Origin: a virus
Direction: 5' to 3' (one strand)
Virus record (IMG/VR): IMGVR_UViG_3300005253_000015
Coordinates: 47,457-111,456 of that record
DNA: 64,000 nucleotides
The position numbers and the translations under genes were made by a program. Within the stretch, counting starts at the first letter, position 1. Each line of letters opens with the position of its first letter. Of the stretch, positions 52,701-64,000 are shown piece after piece. The notes beneath the pieces are model-generated. The model had not been told where the DNA came from, did no database searches, and saw only the letters and a list, made by a program, of their open reading frames with translations.

Positions 52701-53241
52701 AGTAATAACATCCCTTCTACAACATTTACACTTTCTTACTTTCATGATTTTAATCCAATTTCTCTTTTTCGTCATCTTTTTTCATTTTCCATAAGTAATA
52801 CTTATATTTTATGTATTGAAATAAATTTAACTTCATTATTTTACTGTTACAACCTTCCCAGCATTCTGGATAGTAACAATTTCCATCATTATCGTAATTA
52901 CAATGAACCTTCATTTTCTTTTTCCTTTTTTATTGGATATTTCAAATTTTCGTTCACTTTCTTTTTCCTTTTCTTCTGGATATTGTTTATTAAGCTTTCT
53001 TACAGCTTTATCATAAGCAGCAGCAATAATGCCCCCTAATTTAAAATGATTAGACTCTATAATAATAGTAGCCCATCTTCCCTTTATTGTGTGTTTAAAT
53101 CTCCACTTCTTTTTTGGAATTATACTCCCCTCATATTTACTTCTACTCTATAGGTTTTACATTTTGGACAGTTTAATGATTCATTAGCATCTTCTGATTC
53201 AAAAACACAACCACAAACAAGACACATCATTTCATATTTCA

Positions 53242-53925
53242 TTATAACCCTTCTATATTATCAAATACTATCGGTATTTTCTCTCTGAAGTCCTTTAATA
53301 TTCCTAACATTATGTCTCTGATTTGTGGATGTGCTGCTTTAGAGCATCGCATTTTGAATATATGTCTCCATTGAGTAGGATTAGTAGATATATTGATTTC
53401 CGTTTTTATATCTATTGGAAGTACCCCTCTTGCTATTTGTGCTGGTACTCCAAATTTCCTAAGTCTAAAATAAGATATCTCGGCTGCATCCATAGCTTCA
53501 CACCACGCAAAGTATTCTTTAGAAGTATCCTCAATTACAAAACCATCCTTAGTAACAAAATCTACTTGTTCTTTACTAAACCATAATGGTTTTATAACAG
53601 TTATTTCATTTCCATGCTTATCTTTAGTGTAATCACAATATCTCGTAGATTCTTGAGCATAACTACATAATCTATGTCTTACAAGTTCATGTGTAAATCC
53701 CCTATTACTAATTATTAATACATGAATCATTCCACCAAATTCAAGCATAGCAGTATGCCCTCTTTTAACTAACATTTTACACATTCTTTTAGCAGATTCA
53801 CCATCTTCAGTTATCTTACCCTCAGATTTATAACATGTTCTTGCTACCAACTCGATATTTTTCAATATCGCTAACCCATCAAGTTTACTCATTATTTTAA
53901 AACTCTGTTCGATTATTTTTACCAA
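53242..53925 (-). CDS. thyX: FAD-dependent thymidylate synthase
   Basis: GHTAMLEF; RGFTHELVRHRLCSYAQESTRY; ARGVLP; AHPQIR. Confidence 0.96.
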   Translation of the reverse strand: MVKIIEQSFKIMSKLDGLAILKNIELVARTCYKSEGKITEDGESAKRMCKMLVKRGHTAMLEFGGMIHVLIISNRGFTHELVRHRLCSYAQESTRYCDYTKDKHGNEITVIKPLWFSKEQVDFVTKDGFVIEDTSKEYFAWCEAMDAAEISYFRLRKFGVPAQIARGVLPIDIKTEINISTNPTQWRHIFKMRCSKAAHPQIRDIMLGILKDFREKIPIVFDNIEGL

Positions 53926-54111
53926 TTTTTATTAACTCACTATTCTCTCATTTTTAATATCGGAGATGATTGCATTGTAAGTAAAGTATACTTCAAGATG
54001 GGTAGTATCTATTTTTTGTGTTTCTTTGAAATTCTTACTAATCATCATTATAATAGAATCTCTCCTTACCTTCAAATATTTTAACATGTCCTCTATATTT
54101 ATCATAATAAT

Positions 54112-54768
54112 TTATACTCCATGTGCCCAGTAATATTCACTCTTTTCTTTATCGAATTTGATAATACCATTTTTATATAGGGTTCTTGTTAATTTTAACA
54201 CCGAATTATGAATCTTTCTATGAGAGCTTTTATCACATAGATATAAGTTATTTTTATCATTATTGAGCTTATTTCCATCTATATGATGTACTATTTCTTC
54301 TGTTTTCAGAAATCTTCCTATCTTTTTTTCCATAATTAATATATGCTCTGCTATATATCCATTAGAATTAGCTCTCGGATGTTCATACTTCTTTATGTTT
54401 TTATAACCACCAGTTATTACAATTCCTTTATAAAATGGTGATTCTGCTCCTTTAGCATAGGGACTAGATAACGGAATGGCAAATTTATTAGCCCATTGAA
54501 TGACATTAGCTTGGGAGCATTTTAATTCTATTGCAATATCTTTTGTCTTTCTTTTTTTTTCTATTATTTGTTTATACATCCAATTCTTATCTTGATATCT
54601 TGGTATATCTCTATGAATACCAAATCTTCTTCTGATAGACCCAATAGTGCTTTTGGCTTTTCCTACTTCCTTTGCTATTTGACTATCTGGTTTTCCTAAA
54701 ATATTAAAATGTATATATAACCAAGCTCTACATTTATATGGCATGTGCAAGATTTCTAGACCTGTCAA
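54112..54768 (-). CDS. HNH endonuclease with tandem N-terminal HTHs (paralogue 3 of 3)
   Basis: HPRANSNGYIAEHILIMEKKIGR...VHHIDGNKLNNDKNNL. Confidence 0.9.
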   Translation of the reverse strand: MTGLEILHMPYKCRAWLYIHFNILGKPDSQIAKEVGKAKSTIGSIRRRFGIHRDIPRYQDKNWMYKQIIEKKRKTKDIAIELKCSQANVIQWANKFAIPLSSPYAKGAESPFYKGIVITGGYKNIKKYEHPRANSNGYIAEHILIMEKKIGRFLKTEEIVHHIDGNKLNNDKNNLYLCDKSSHRKIHNSVLKLTRTLYKNGIIKFDKEKSEYYWAHGV

Positions 54769-55747
54769 TTTTTCTTAACCTCACATTTTGAATATTCTCT
54801 TTAAATTCTAACATCTTTTTTACTAATGGTATAATATGGTCAGCTTTAACTTTCCAATTCTCTTCAAACCATTGTACGCAGTTATTACTGTCAGTCTCAA
54901 TAACCACATTCTTATAACCTCTTTTAATGCTTATATACATAGCGGATATTACACCCTTTAACTCTGCGGCATTACTCGTTAACCACACTTCCTTTCTCTT
55001 CCACCGTTCATCCGTATTTTTGAGTACCACGCTATAATGTCCATAATCCTTAAACGGTTTATTAGATGTAATATTGGCACTACCATCAACTTGAAAGGTA
55101 TAGACTGCTTCTTCCCGAAAATTGGCTTCATCATTTCTTTGCTTATTATTATATTTACCTTTCTTTTTAATAGCCACAATATTTTTTGTTTTTTCTTCTT
55201 TCTTAACATAATCCTTTACCATATCACTTACTTTTTTTTTTTCAATTTTTTCAATAATACTTCTATAAGGTGAATATAAATACATTGGAGCATTGTCCCA
55301 TGCATCTGTATCATAATAATTGAGCATTGATTTCATTCTTTTTCCCCAGTCCTCATAAACTTTATTTATAGGTAGCATATAACAATTTTCGTAGCACCAT
55401 TCCGTTATCGTTATTTCTTGGTCTATAAACATCTCATCAGTTTCGAATTTTATTAATTGAGATTTTGGTATTGAGAAGTTTAATGGTGGATAGTATGAAA
55501 ATCCAAGTTGTAATAATCCAGTATCAATTCTAAAGAATACTGCTCCTTTATCTACAGTACCCTTATCTGTTTTAACATCCTTAACAGAATATCCAGAGAC
55601 ATATACATCTCTAAGAGTATAATTCTTTCCATCTCTATTATTCATGACTGGCATATTACATTCAAATAAAGGATTTTTAAGTAGTTTTTTTGCGAACATT
55701 ACGTGTTTCATTTCCACTTTTATATTCCAGTCATTCATCCAATGCAT
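54734..55747 (-). CDS. rnhA: Ribonuclease HI domain fused to an unknown N-terminal domain
   Basis: VDGS...TSNAAELKG...IETDS...WKVK...IDRSRN. Confidence 0.8.
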   Translation of the reverse strand: MHWMNDWNIKVEMKHVMFAKKLLKNPLFECNMPVMNNRDGKNYTLRDVYVSGYSVKDVKTDKGTVDKGAVFFRIDTGLLQLGFSYYPPLNFSIPKSQLIKFETDEMFIDQEITITEWCYENCYMLPINKVYEDWGKRMKSMLNYYDTDAWDNAPMYLYSPYRSIIEKIEKKKVSDMVKDYVKKEEKTKNIVAIKKKGKYNNKQRNDEANFREEAVYTFQVDGSANITSNKPFKDYGHYSVVLKNTDERWKRKEVWLTSNAAELKGVISAMYISIKRGYKNVVIETDSNNCVQWFEENWKVKADHIIPLVKKMLEFKENIQNVRLRKIDRSRNLAHAI

Positions 55748-56148
55748 GATTATTCTTCTTCCTTCTCCTTCTGTACAAATTCATTAAAATGTCTTTCGCA
55801 TAAATCTAATCGGTATATCAGCTCTTTGGAGTTAATAAGTGCTGACCCCTTAGTATATATACCACAAATCTCAATATACTCTTCTTCATTATCTACCTTG
55901 ACCCTATTTATTACTTTACTACACCGTGTCTGAAACGACCTTCTCTCTTGTATGATTTCCCCTTCTGTTTTTACATCAACAAGCATTCCATTTAAAATGC
56001 CTTTCTGCCTTTTAGCCATCTCTATAATCTGGTCTATTTCCACAATGCTTTTTTTGACATCATCATCTTTTTTAATATTCATAACCCTTTTTCTTTATTG
56101 AAATCACTATCACTCCTTATTGTTCTTTTTTATTGAATTTTTCATTCA

Positions 56149-56493
56149 TTATTTTACTAAAATCTCTAATAATCTGTTTTTATCTGATAAAATATGATTT
56201 AGATTTCCTTGCCATACAACATCCTCTATGGCTTTATCCCACTTCTTTAATATAATTTTTCGTACTTTCTTAATAGATATCTTAAACCATTCGCCTCTAA
56301 CTTTATAATCTATTAGTATATATGTAAGTATAGTTTCAATTATTCTGTCGGCATTTGGTATTTCAAACATTAATTCTAATCTACGTGGATTTCCAGTCTG
56401 GATAGAGCTTATTCTCTTATCAATATCCCATTGTTCAGTATATCCTATTTTGAAATATTTAGTACCTTTCTCTTTAATAAAATAAACGGTCAT
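56149..56493 (-). CDS. T5orf172/MUG113-type GIY-YIG protein
   Basis: VYFI...FKIGYT...RISSIQTGNP..L...E...RGEWF. Confidence 0.85.
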   Translation of the reverse strand: MTVYFIKEKGTKYFKIGYTEQWDIDKRISSIQTGNPRRLELMFEIPNADRIIETILTYILIDYKVRGEWFKISIKKVRKIILKKWDKAIEDVVWQGNLNHILSDKNRLLEILVK

Positions 56494-56970
56494 TCTTTTT
56501 TTTCTTCCTCTTTTTGTTTTAAATATTGATTAACTCTAACAGCTAAAATATTTTTAATAAAATCATCATAAATACCAATTATTGTTTTTCTATTTGTAAT
56601 ATACTGTATTGTCTTTAATACTTCATGCTCTCCCTCATCCTCTAAGATATGGGGCATCATCTCTTCAATCATTGTTTTCTTACTGTTTGAAAAGGTTTCC
56701 TTAGCGTGATTTGATAAATTGATAAGCTCTTCTATTTTCTCTTTTGTGTAATAATATGGCTTAATTTTTTCATTTCCCTCTTCGTTAGACATTTTCTCTG
56801 AAATACCATTCCCCCAATATTCACATAATTCTGTTAGTATTTTACTCAGTCCCACGTTCCAATCTTGAGTTTTATCTTGTAGTTTACTTCTGATATTGGA
56901 CAATATTCTTTTGCAATATCGTTCGGCATCCTTATCTTTTTCAGCAAATCGAATTGATATCAAACCCAGA

Positions 56971-57180
56971 TTATCCACCTTTCTTAAATAATTTTACTGG
57001 TATATCACCACTATTTTTCTTAAGTAATTCTGTTAATGTCTCAGAAATAGTCATTCTCTTTCCTTTTGCTAGTTGTATACTTTGATGTCCCTTGATTTTT
57101 GAAACAACAAAATTATAATTATCATTATCTAAAAACCTAATTGTTAACATCCTAGAGTTGTTTTTATTTCTTTCAGTCAA
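56971..57180 (-). CDS. RHH-like DNA-binding protein next to the repeat region
   Basis: MLTIRF...RMTISETLTELL. Confidence 0.45.
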   Translation of the reverse strand: MTERNKNNSRMLTIRFLDNDNYNFVVSKIKGHQSIQLAKGKRMTISETLTELLKKNSGDIPVKLFKKGG

Positions 57181-57333
57181 AATTAACCCAGCTTTAATAA
57201 TTTCTATAAATTATTTAATTTTATTAAAAATTCAATAATAAAATTAATATTTTTCGTACTCTTAAATTTATTGTTTTTTTGATGAAAACCCCACAGACTA
57301 TACTCGTGAGTCCCTAAAGCCCCGACAAAAACC

Positions 57334-57388
<55 letters not shown>

Positions 57389-57540
57389 GCTAGTCAAGTT
57401 AGACAAGTTAGTTAACTCCGTTGACTTAGTAAACATGGTTGACAAAATTAACAAGGTTAATAAAATTGACAAAGTTAACTTAATCAACTAAATTTACTTA
57501 GTCGACAAAGCTAGTCAAGTTAGTTAACTTAAATTTACTT
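57389..57540. repeat. Degenerate 9-bp tandem array with GTYRAC-like cores; candidate origin iterons
   Basis: GTTGACAAA ATTAACAAG GTTAATAAA ATTGACAAA GTTAACTTA ATCAACTAA ATTTACTTA GTCGACAAA; GCTAGTCAAGTTAG twice. Confidence 0.75.
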
Positions 57541-60500
57541 TCCTAAAATTTTTAATATATCCGACAAAAATCTTGTTATATATAACATGTTACACAATAA
57601 AGGACGAATTATATCATCTGTCATAATTCCCCACTAAACACTATAATCTCTGATTTATCCAAAACCCTTATATCATATTTCATTATTTTATGATAGCCTG
57701 TACGGTTACGATTTATATAATGAGTAAACTTAATATGAGCATCATCTATATTTTCAGCCTTAGTTAACAAACTATATTCTCCATTATTAACATAAAAGGT
57801 CTTAAACATTATAGAATACCCCATTTAGTTAGATTTTTAATGATTATATTATTAATGAAAAAGAATTTATTCATTATCTTATCCAGCATATATTTATCCT
57901 TATCAGCCTCTGTGTAGAAAACTCTCTGAGAGAAAATTCTATCATAATGATAATTTACCCCTATTACTGCTGTAGCACGGAATAAAGTATTAAAATTCTT
58001 TTCTATCATTTCTATATAGTTAATTAAATTTATGCACTTACAACATGAAATTGCAAGTCTTTCATCACACCACATATCATATGGTATTCTCCTTGCTAAA
58101 TCTATACCTTGATAATATAATTTGGTATAACAAATAGGACAAATCCTACTGACTGTGCCATCATCATCTACTTTAATACAATCTAAAATATATCTTAGCG
58201 GCATTTACATCCTCTTCAAATTAAAAAAAAAGTTTTAAAAGTTTTTATATCACTTTTGGTTTATTCTTAGTTCTAGGAGTCCATTTATCACAAGAAACAT
58301 TAAAAGGCACTATAGTAGTATTTCCTTCCTCACATGGAGTGCCACGTTTCTTATAAGAATCACACTTAGCACATAAGACCTCAATAATCATCTGACTACT
58401 GCATGTAGGACATATAATATAAGTTTTAGTAGCACCATTAAGATATAAATTAGTTTTATGTGGTTTTTCAAATCTATTATTACATTTAAGACATTCGTAC
58501 ATTAAAATTCCTCTTTTGTCGTTGACGGTATATCTTCCATATCCTTATAGTCTTCAAATAACTTTTTTAGCTCCTTATAGTTATCGCAGATAAATTCATA
58601 TATAATATCCTTATGTTCTAAAGTTGTATCGTTTTCAGCAATAATTTGTAACTTTTGAGAAAAATTAATATACCTTTCCCATGCCCTAGCTTCTTTAACA
58701 GTATCAAAAACCCCCCCATCCTCAGTTTCCCATTTTGTTATTTGTTTTACCATGATTTAATCAATACTCCCCATTTTATAAATATAAGGATACATTAACT
58801 TTCCATCTACATAAGTACCATCTTTCTGTTTAATTTGATGCCGCCTAGAAAGATTATATGGTATAAAAGGAATCTCTATTTTTACTATGGGATTACCATT
58901 ATCATCCAACTTCAATCTTTTACGCATTATTGTTTTTGGTTTGTAGATTTTTGCACCCGTTGTTTTATCAATCCAAGAATATAGAGTAATTGTCTTTTCA
59001 AACCACTCAGTTTCATAAACTATCTCTTTAATATCGCCACGCATCCTTTTAATTCTACCGACAACTATGTCTTCTCCTATCTCAATATCATAATCATCAA
59101 AATGAGTATGACAAATAGATATAACTTCAATATGTTTATCGGAGTCTCTACCAAGTATAAAAGGGACAAACTTTACATTATACTTAAGAGAAAACTTTAT
59201 ACCTTTATTCATTAGATATCTTCTAAGTTTATTATTTATTGGGAGATATTGTTGTGTTTCTTTATTGAAATACCCTTCCAAACAATATACATAATTCTTA
59301 CTAATATCATATACTCCATGCCAAATTCTTATTGTCATTTTGTTGGTATCACCTCTTTTTTAAAAAATCTTTTTTGTAGTTCTCTTAATAATGAGTTAGA
59401 AATTTCTTTTCTTCCGACATCATCTAGGAATATTTCCAAACCAAGTTTCTTTTTTAAATCCCTAATATTCTTGAGGAAACTATTAAGAGTATAATGTAAT
59501 ACCTTAAATAGCTGTTGCCTCGACATATGGGGGAAGTCCCCAGTAGTCCATTCATCACTATAAGGATTCATCTTTCTTATTTTCTCTTTTAATAATCCCA
59601 TTCCATTATCCATATCTATTACAGATGCTCGGTCATAACTCATTGACTTTTCCCCGTATTAAGTATTGTATTTATTCCATCTTTAATAGAATTCAAGAAA
59701 CTAAAATATGGTCTACGGATAGTTAATGCGATATTCTGGGTGCTAATAAAATCCAGTATTTTTGAATCTTCGACCATATTTAATAGTTTATATAATTTCT
59801 TTAACTCATAAAAATTATCATTTATTTCTTCTACCATTTTTATTTCACTTTTTTATTAGATGTTTATCTACTTTTATAGTAATTCTATTCTAAGTTAGAC
59901 CATCTTCCAATAATTTAACAAATAATTCCCATGAATCTTTCCAAGTATCTTTATTATCCATCCACTTATAATATAAAACCTCATTAAAACCTAGTCTCTT
60001 AACTCTTGAAAGAAACTCGCATAAATCCACCCTTTTTACAATTAGTTTCATCCCACCACACCTACTAAGCTGGTCTTTAAATGGACTATCTCTATAAGAT
60101 AATATAACATTCATTTAAGAAAATCTCTCCTAATATGCTCATATATACAATCAAAATCTTCCATACAATCTCCATTTAATTCACAACGATTACAAGCAAC
60201 CTCAACCATAATTCTGATTATTCGTTTTTCGATAGTAATCATTTCTTTAGTCATTTCGTTTCGTTTCCCTCTTCTTTTATGCTTAATTTCTATCGTACAA
60301 CCTTTACATAAACATTTCATTATAAAACTAAACTCAACACCATCTGGCACTTCTATTTCATATGAACGCTTACACAACAAACATTCTATCTTTTTTTTCA
60401 TTCAACTAATCACTAAATTCTATTAAATTCATAATAATAAAAAAAACTGATAAAATTAAAATTATAAATATCTCTTTTCATGAGCTCCTATATTCCATAC

Positions 60501-62089
60501 ATTTATATCATCTAATTCTGGTATCGCTGACAATACATTATGAATATGTTCCATATCTGGTGGGCAATTTATTTCACTTACTACTTCACCCTTCCAATAT
60601 ATTAGAAACTTTGACCGTGATGTATCGTGGTTGCCATTGCTCCATATTGTTATATCGAGCTTATCCCTTAGTGCGTTTGCGTCTAATATACCATCAAAGT
60701 ACAATATTCTATAAACTCTATAATATGTATCATTATTTGTTGGTATCTGTTCATTAGTAAGCAGGGCTACTCTACAATATAAAACCTCAAAAAAAACTCT
60801 AAAGTCTTCAATATCAAATATCTTCTTATAATTATCATTTGTTTCCATTACATATTCTCTTAGCTTACTAACATAGTCTATTAAGTCCTTATTGGGTTTT
60901 TCTATCGGTTCTTCGTCATATACACATCCTTCATCCAATTTGATAATCATATTGTATAAACATGTGCATAGATTAATATCCGTTTTATCTTGGTCTTGTT
61001 TAATCTTTTCCATTATATTCACTTAAATTTCTTTCTTTTACATTTACTAATATCTATTAAATTAATATCAACTTTATATGCTTTACAATAAGTCCTAAGC
61101 TTGTGTCTACAATCAACACATTTATTCTCTGGAATAATCCAATTATCATTCATAATAATTAAAAAAAAATTTATATATTAGATACATTGAAATTTATGTA
61201 TTTTGATAAAATCCTTCGTCATATTAAGTATGTCGTCATCACTTAACGACTCAGCATTTATTCTAACTGAATCCAAAAGTTCATATAACTGACTTCTTGA
61301 TATGCGAATTTGGTTTAATATTGGTGTCATATCTTTTTTTGTATATTTTTTAACCATATATAATATTCACCTTATTTTCCTAATTCTGATACTTGCCATG
61401 CTACTTTCTTATATGTCTTTTTCTTGATTAAATCCCTACAATACTCTTCTGCCTCGTATCGCATTTCAAATGATTTTAGTATACAAACTGAATCAACCTT
61501 ATCAAATATAGTATAACATACAAAAATCTTCATTCAATCAATCAGCTCCTTTAAATCATGAACTAAATCGTCAAACTTATCTACAACGGTTCTAAAGAAT
61601 TTTTTTATGTTTTTAACTTCAGTATTATAATCAACTTGACTATAATCTTCACCTACTTCATAATCATCTAAATTATTAATTGCTCTTTCAAGTTCACTAA
61701 AAGCATTGCTTACATCATCAGTAGAATTAAAGCTTACCATTTAATCACCTATATCTATTGTTTAAATCCCATCAACTTACTTATACCACAATTCATACAA
61801 CTATATTTGTCCCCATCTTTCCAACAGTCAAAATCATTATTCAAGTCAATATCTCCACCACATATAATACACTTGACTATATTAACTCTCTCACCTTTTA
61901 GTTTAGCCAATGCTGATTTCACTTGCCCAAAGAATATCTCTGCTTGAAGTGTGAAGACTCCTTTTTGTTGCCTACCTTTTACTAGCCACTCCTCTACTAT
62001 ACCTCTAATACGCTCTAGGTCTTCTATACTATCCCAATAGAATTTATGTTCAACATTATTTATTGTTATACGTCCCATTATCTTTACCT

Positions 62090-62830
62090 TTATATTTGTT
62101 GTCTAACGGGGCACGAGCCATCAGCATATGCACAATTCATACAACGCCAATGTTCTCCTGTTGACTTGTTTATCTCTGGTCGCATCTTATTAGCACATTG
62201 CTCAGCAAGTTTCTCTGGAGTCATATGACCTAATATAGTTTTTTTAACTGGGTGGTTGATTAAAAAGTTCCTAATAAATTCAATATCAAATAAGTCAGTG
62301 ACTAATTGAAGTTGATTTAATGGTTCTTCTTTATCAATCTTCCTAATAACTCCCTTATATCGTTTAGTTCCAGTAATAACATACTTCATATAGGCATATA
62401 TGCTCATCTGTCCTTTGTCCTCTGGTTTTACTTTTTCCTTAAGAAAGAAGAAGAATCCACCAATTTTAGTAGATTTCATATCCTCTATATACTTACCAGA
62501 GGAGAAATTGAACTTATCATAATCTAAAAGACCAGAAACACCCCAAGTCTCAGACACATGAATAATACGCATATATTCCTCACGCTCAAGTATATTCCTA
62601 GCTCCCTCACTAAGATAATTATCATCTAAATGGACTTCATTACCTAAGTCAAATATCTTAGAAAGGTCATCTGTAATCGGTTTCTTAAGCTCTGGAACCC
62701 TATCAGCATAATGATTCCAATCACAACTGGAAAATCTACTCGCACCAAAAATCGGAATAGGTTCACCAGATTTATCCAATACTTCTTCATCTCTATCACT
62801 TTTCCTAAATGGCTCGTTTATGATTACCAC
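62090..62830 (-). CDS. Cas4-like PD-(D/E)xK exonuclease with four Fe-S-type cysteines
   Basis: ASRFSSC...GNEVH...SGLLD...EDMKS...QMSIY...CMNCAYADGSC. Confidence 0.8.
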   Translation of the reverse strand: MVIINEPFRKSDRDEEVLDKSGEPIPIFGASRFSSCDWNHYADRVPELKKPITDDLSKIFDLGNEVHLDDNYLSEGARNILEREEYMRIIHVSETWGVSGLLDYDKFNFSSGKYIEDMKSTKIGGFFFFLKEKVKPEDKGQMSIYAYMKYVITGTKRYKGVIRKIDKEEPLNQLQLVTDLFDIEFIRNFLINHPVKKTILGHMTPEKLAEQCANKMRPEINKSTGEHWRCMNCAYADGSCPVRQQI

Positions 62831-64000
62831 CTTTATCTTTTTTTAATCTATAGTTAAAATATAATAATTGAAGTTTCTTATGCAATTTCTCTGCCTTATT
62901 CTCTATTTTAATAATCTGTTTATCATATTTCTCAAGTTTTGATTCCATTCCATCAAACTTTTTGTTTTGTCTTCTATCATTCATTATTTCCACCATATTT
63001 TCATGGTTATATATACTGAAACAAATATTAAAATACCATATGCTATTATGAATAAAATTTGTATTATTCTATTGCGTATGCTAATTATTCTCTTCATCCT
63101 TATATTCCCACCATGGTTTCATGATTATATATGTCCATATTACTGTTAATAAGCATAACATAATCCATAAATATAGAATGTCCATACTAATATTAAGCCA
63201 TCCTGATATAATTAAAATAATAATAAACATCATAATCATCAAAAATAGCCAACAAATAAATCTATTAACATTTTTCTTCATTCTTTATTCATCTCTATTA
63301 ATTCATTTATTAATCCAAGACTATTTATTTTTATCAATGCATTAACTAAAAGCTGAAGAACACCCTTTAATAACATTGAATCTTCCATATCCATATTATA
63401 CTTTATGGCAAACTTAAGTGTCTCCTTTATTTGTTCTTGTATGTCATTCATAATTACTCATCCCTATCTAATCTATACCATATTACTGTTAATAAAAATA
63501 TGATATTACAGAAAAACAGAAGATATATATCAATATCAAGTAATTTTGAAAGAAATATATTAATAATTAACATTAAAGACATCATAACTAATCCATATAT
63601 CATATCCCAAATATATCCCGTCATTTTATATGTTTCACCTCACTCTCGGTATTATTTTCTATCATCACTATTCTTTTGCATATTTCTCTTATAATTCTAT
63701 CTTTACCTTGTTCACTAAACTCGTGAAATTCTAATTCTCCTTTTATAATATCATCAAAATGTGTCATTATTTCCAATCCTCATCTCGTTTTGCTTGGCTA
63801 CCAACACAGCTTTTACACCATTTCATTTCCTTATCCTCTTCAGTCTCTAAAGGTTTATGACATACTTGGCACTCACCCCCAATAAACTCTACCTCTGCTA
63901 TTTCTGGTCTAAATTCTCCTCTAAGAATATCTCTGGTAGCTACTTCTAATGTCAGTAAATCACCAATGCTTTTAGGATTATAACTTGGAAAATGCTTCTG

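Overview
AT-rich (roughly 25-30% GC by eye), densely coding segment that reads as part of a large archaeal DNA virus or provirus. Evidence: GGTGA/GGAGG Shine-Dalgarno sites, TATA-like boxes about 25-30 nt before many starts, a TFB (TFIIB) homologue, XPF/ERCC4, Pth2, ThyX, RNase H, a Cas4-like nuclease, seven HNH/EndoVII/GIY-YIG endonucleases, a CAU-anticodon tRNA and dozens of small orphan ORFs. A Lokiarchaeia-like host is my inference. No terminase, portal, integrase, reverse transcriptase or CRISPR array is recognisable. Bases 1-17 kb form a structural/adhesin region: three fibre or beta-helix proteins sharing terminal modules, duplicated membrane-protein + beta-domain cassettes, and a candidate single-jelly-roll capsid protein (a second candidate lies at 31.7-32.6 kb). 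The strongest candidate for a new system is at 6469-9709. It comprises a motif-less radical-SAM-like partner, a radical SAM enzyme with a truncated SPASM domain, a 258-aa Cys-rich target and a CxxCxxCC (YkgJ-like) protein. The target's 18 CxC motifs are arranged 9+9 in mirror symmetry around a unique 14-residue loop, suggesting an enzymatically matured, Cys-stapled hairpin needle on the virion. The cassette lies in a 7.5-kb segment bounded by a 105-bp near-perfect inverted repeat. Other notable items: a 61-nt CCA-ended mini tRNA-like RNA, an atypical initiator-like tRNA with an adjacent K-turn, an EndoVII gene that appears to have captured a gene start and is followed by a recoded copy of it, a JAB protease, a conserved promoter motif and an origin-like repeat region. 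All family assignments come from motif recognition; no searches were run.
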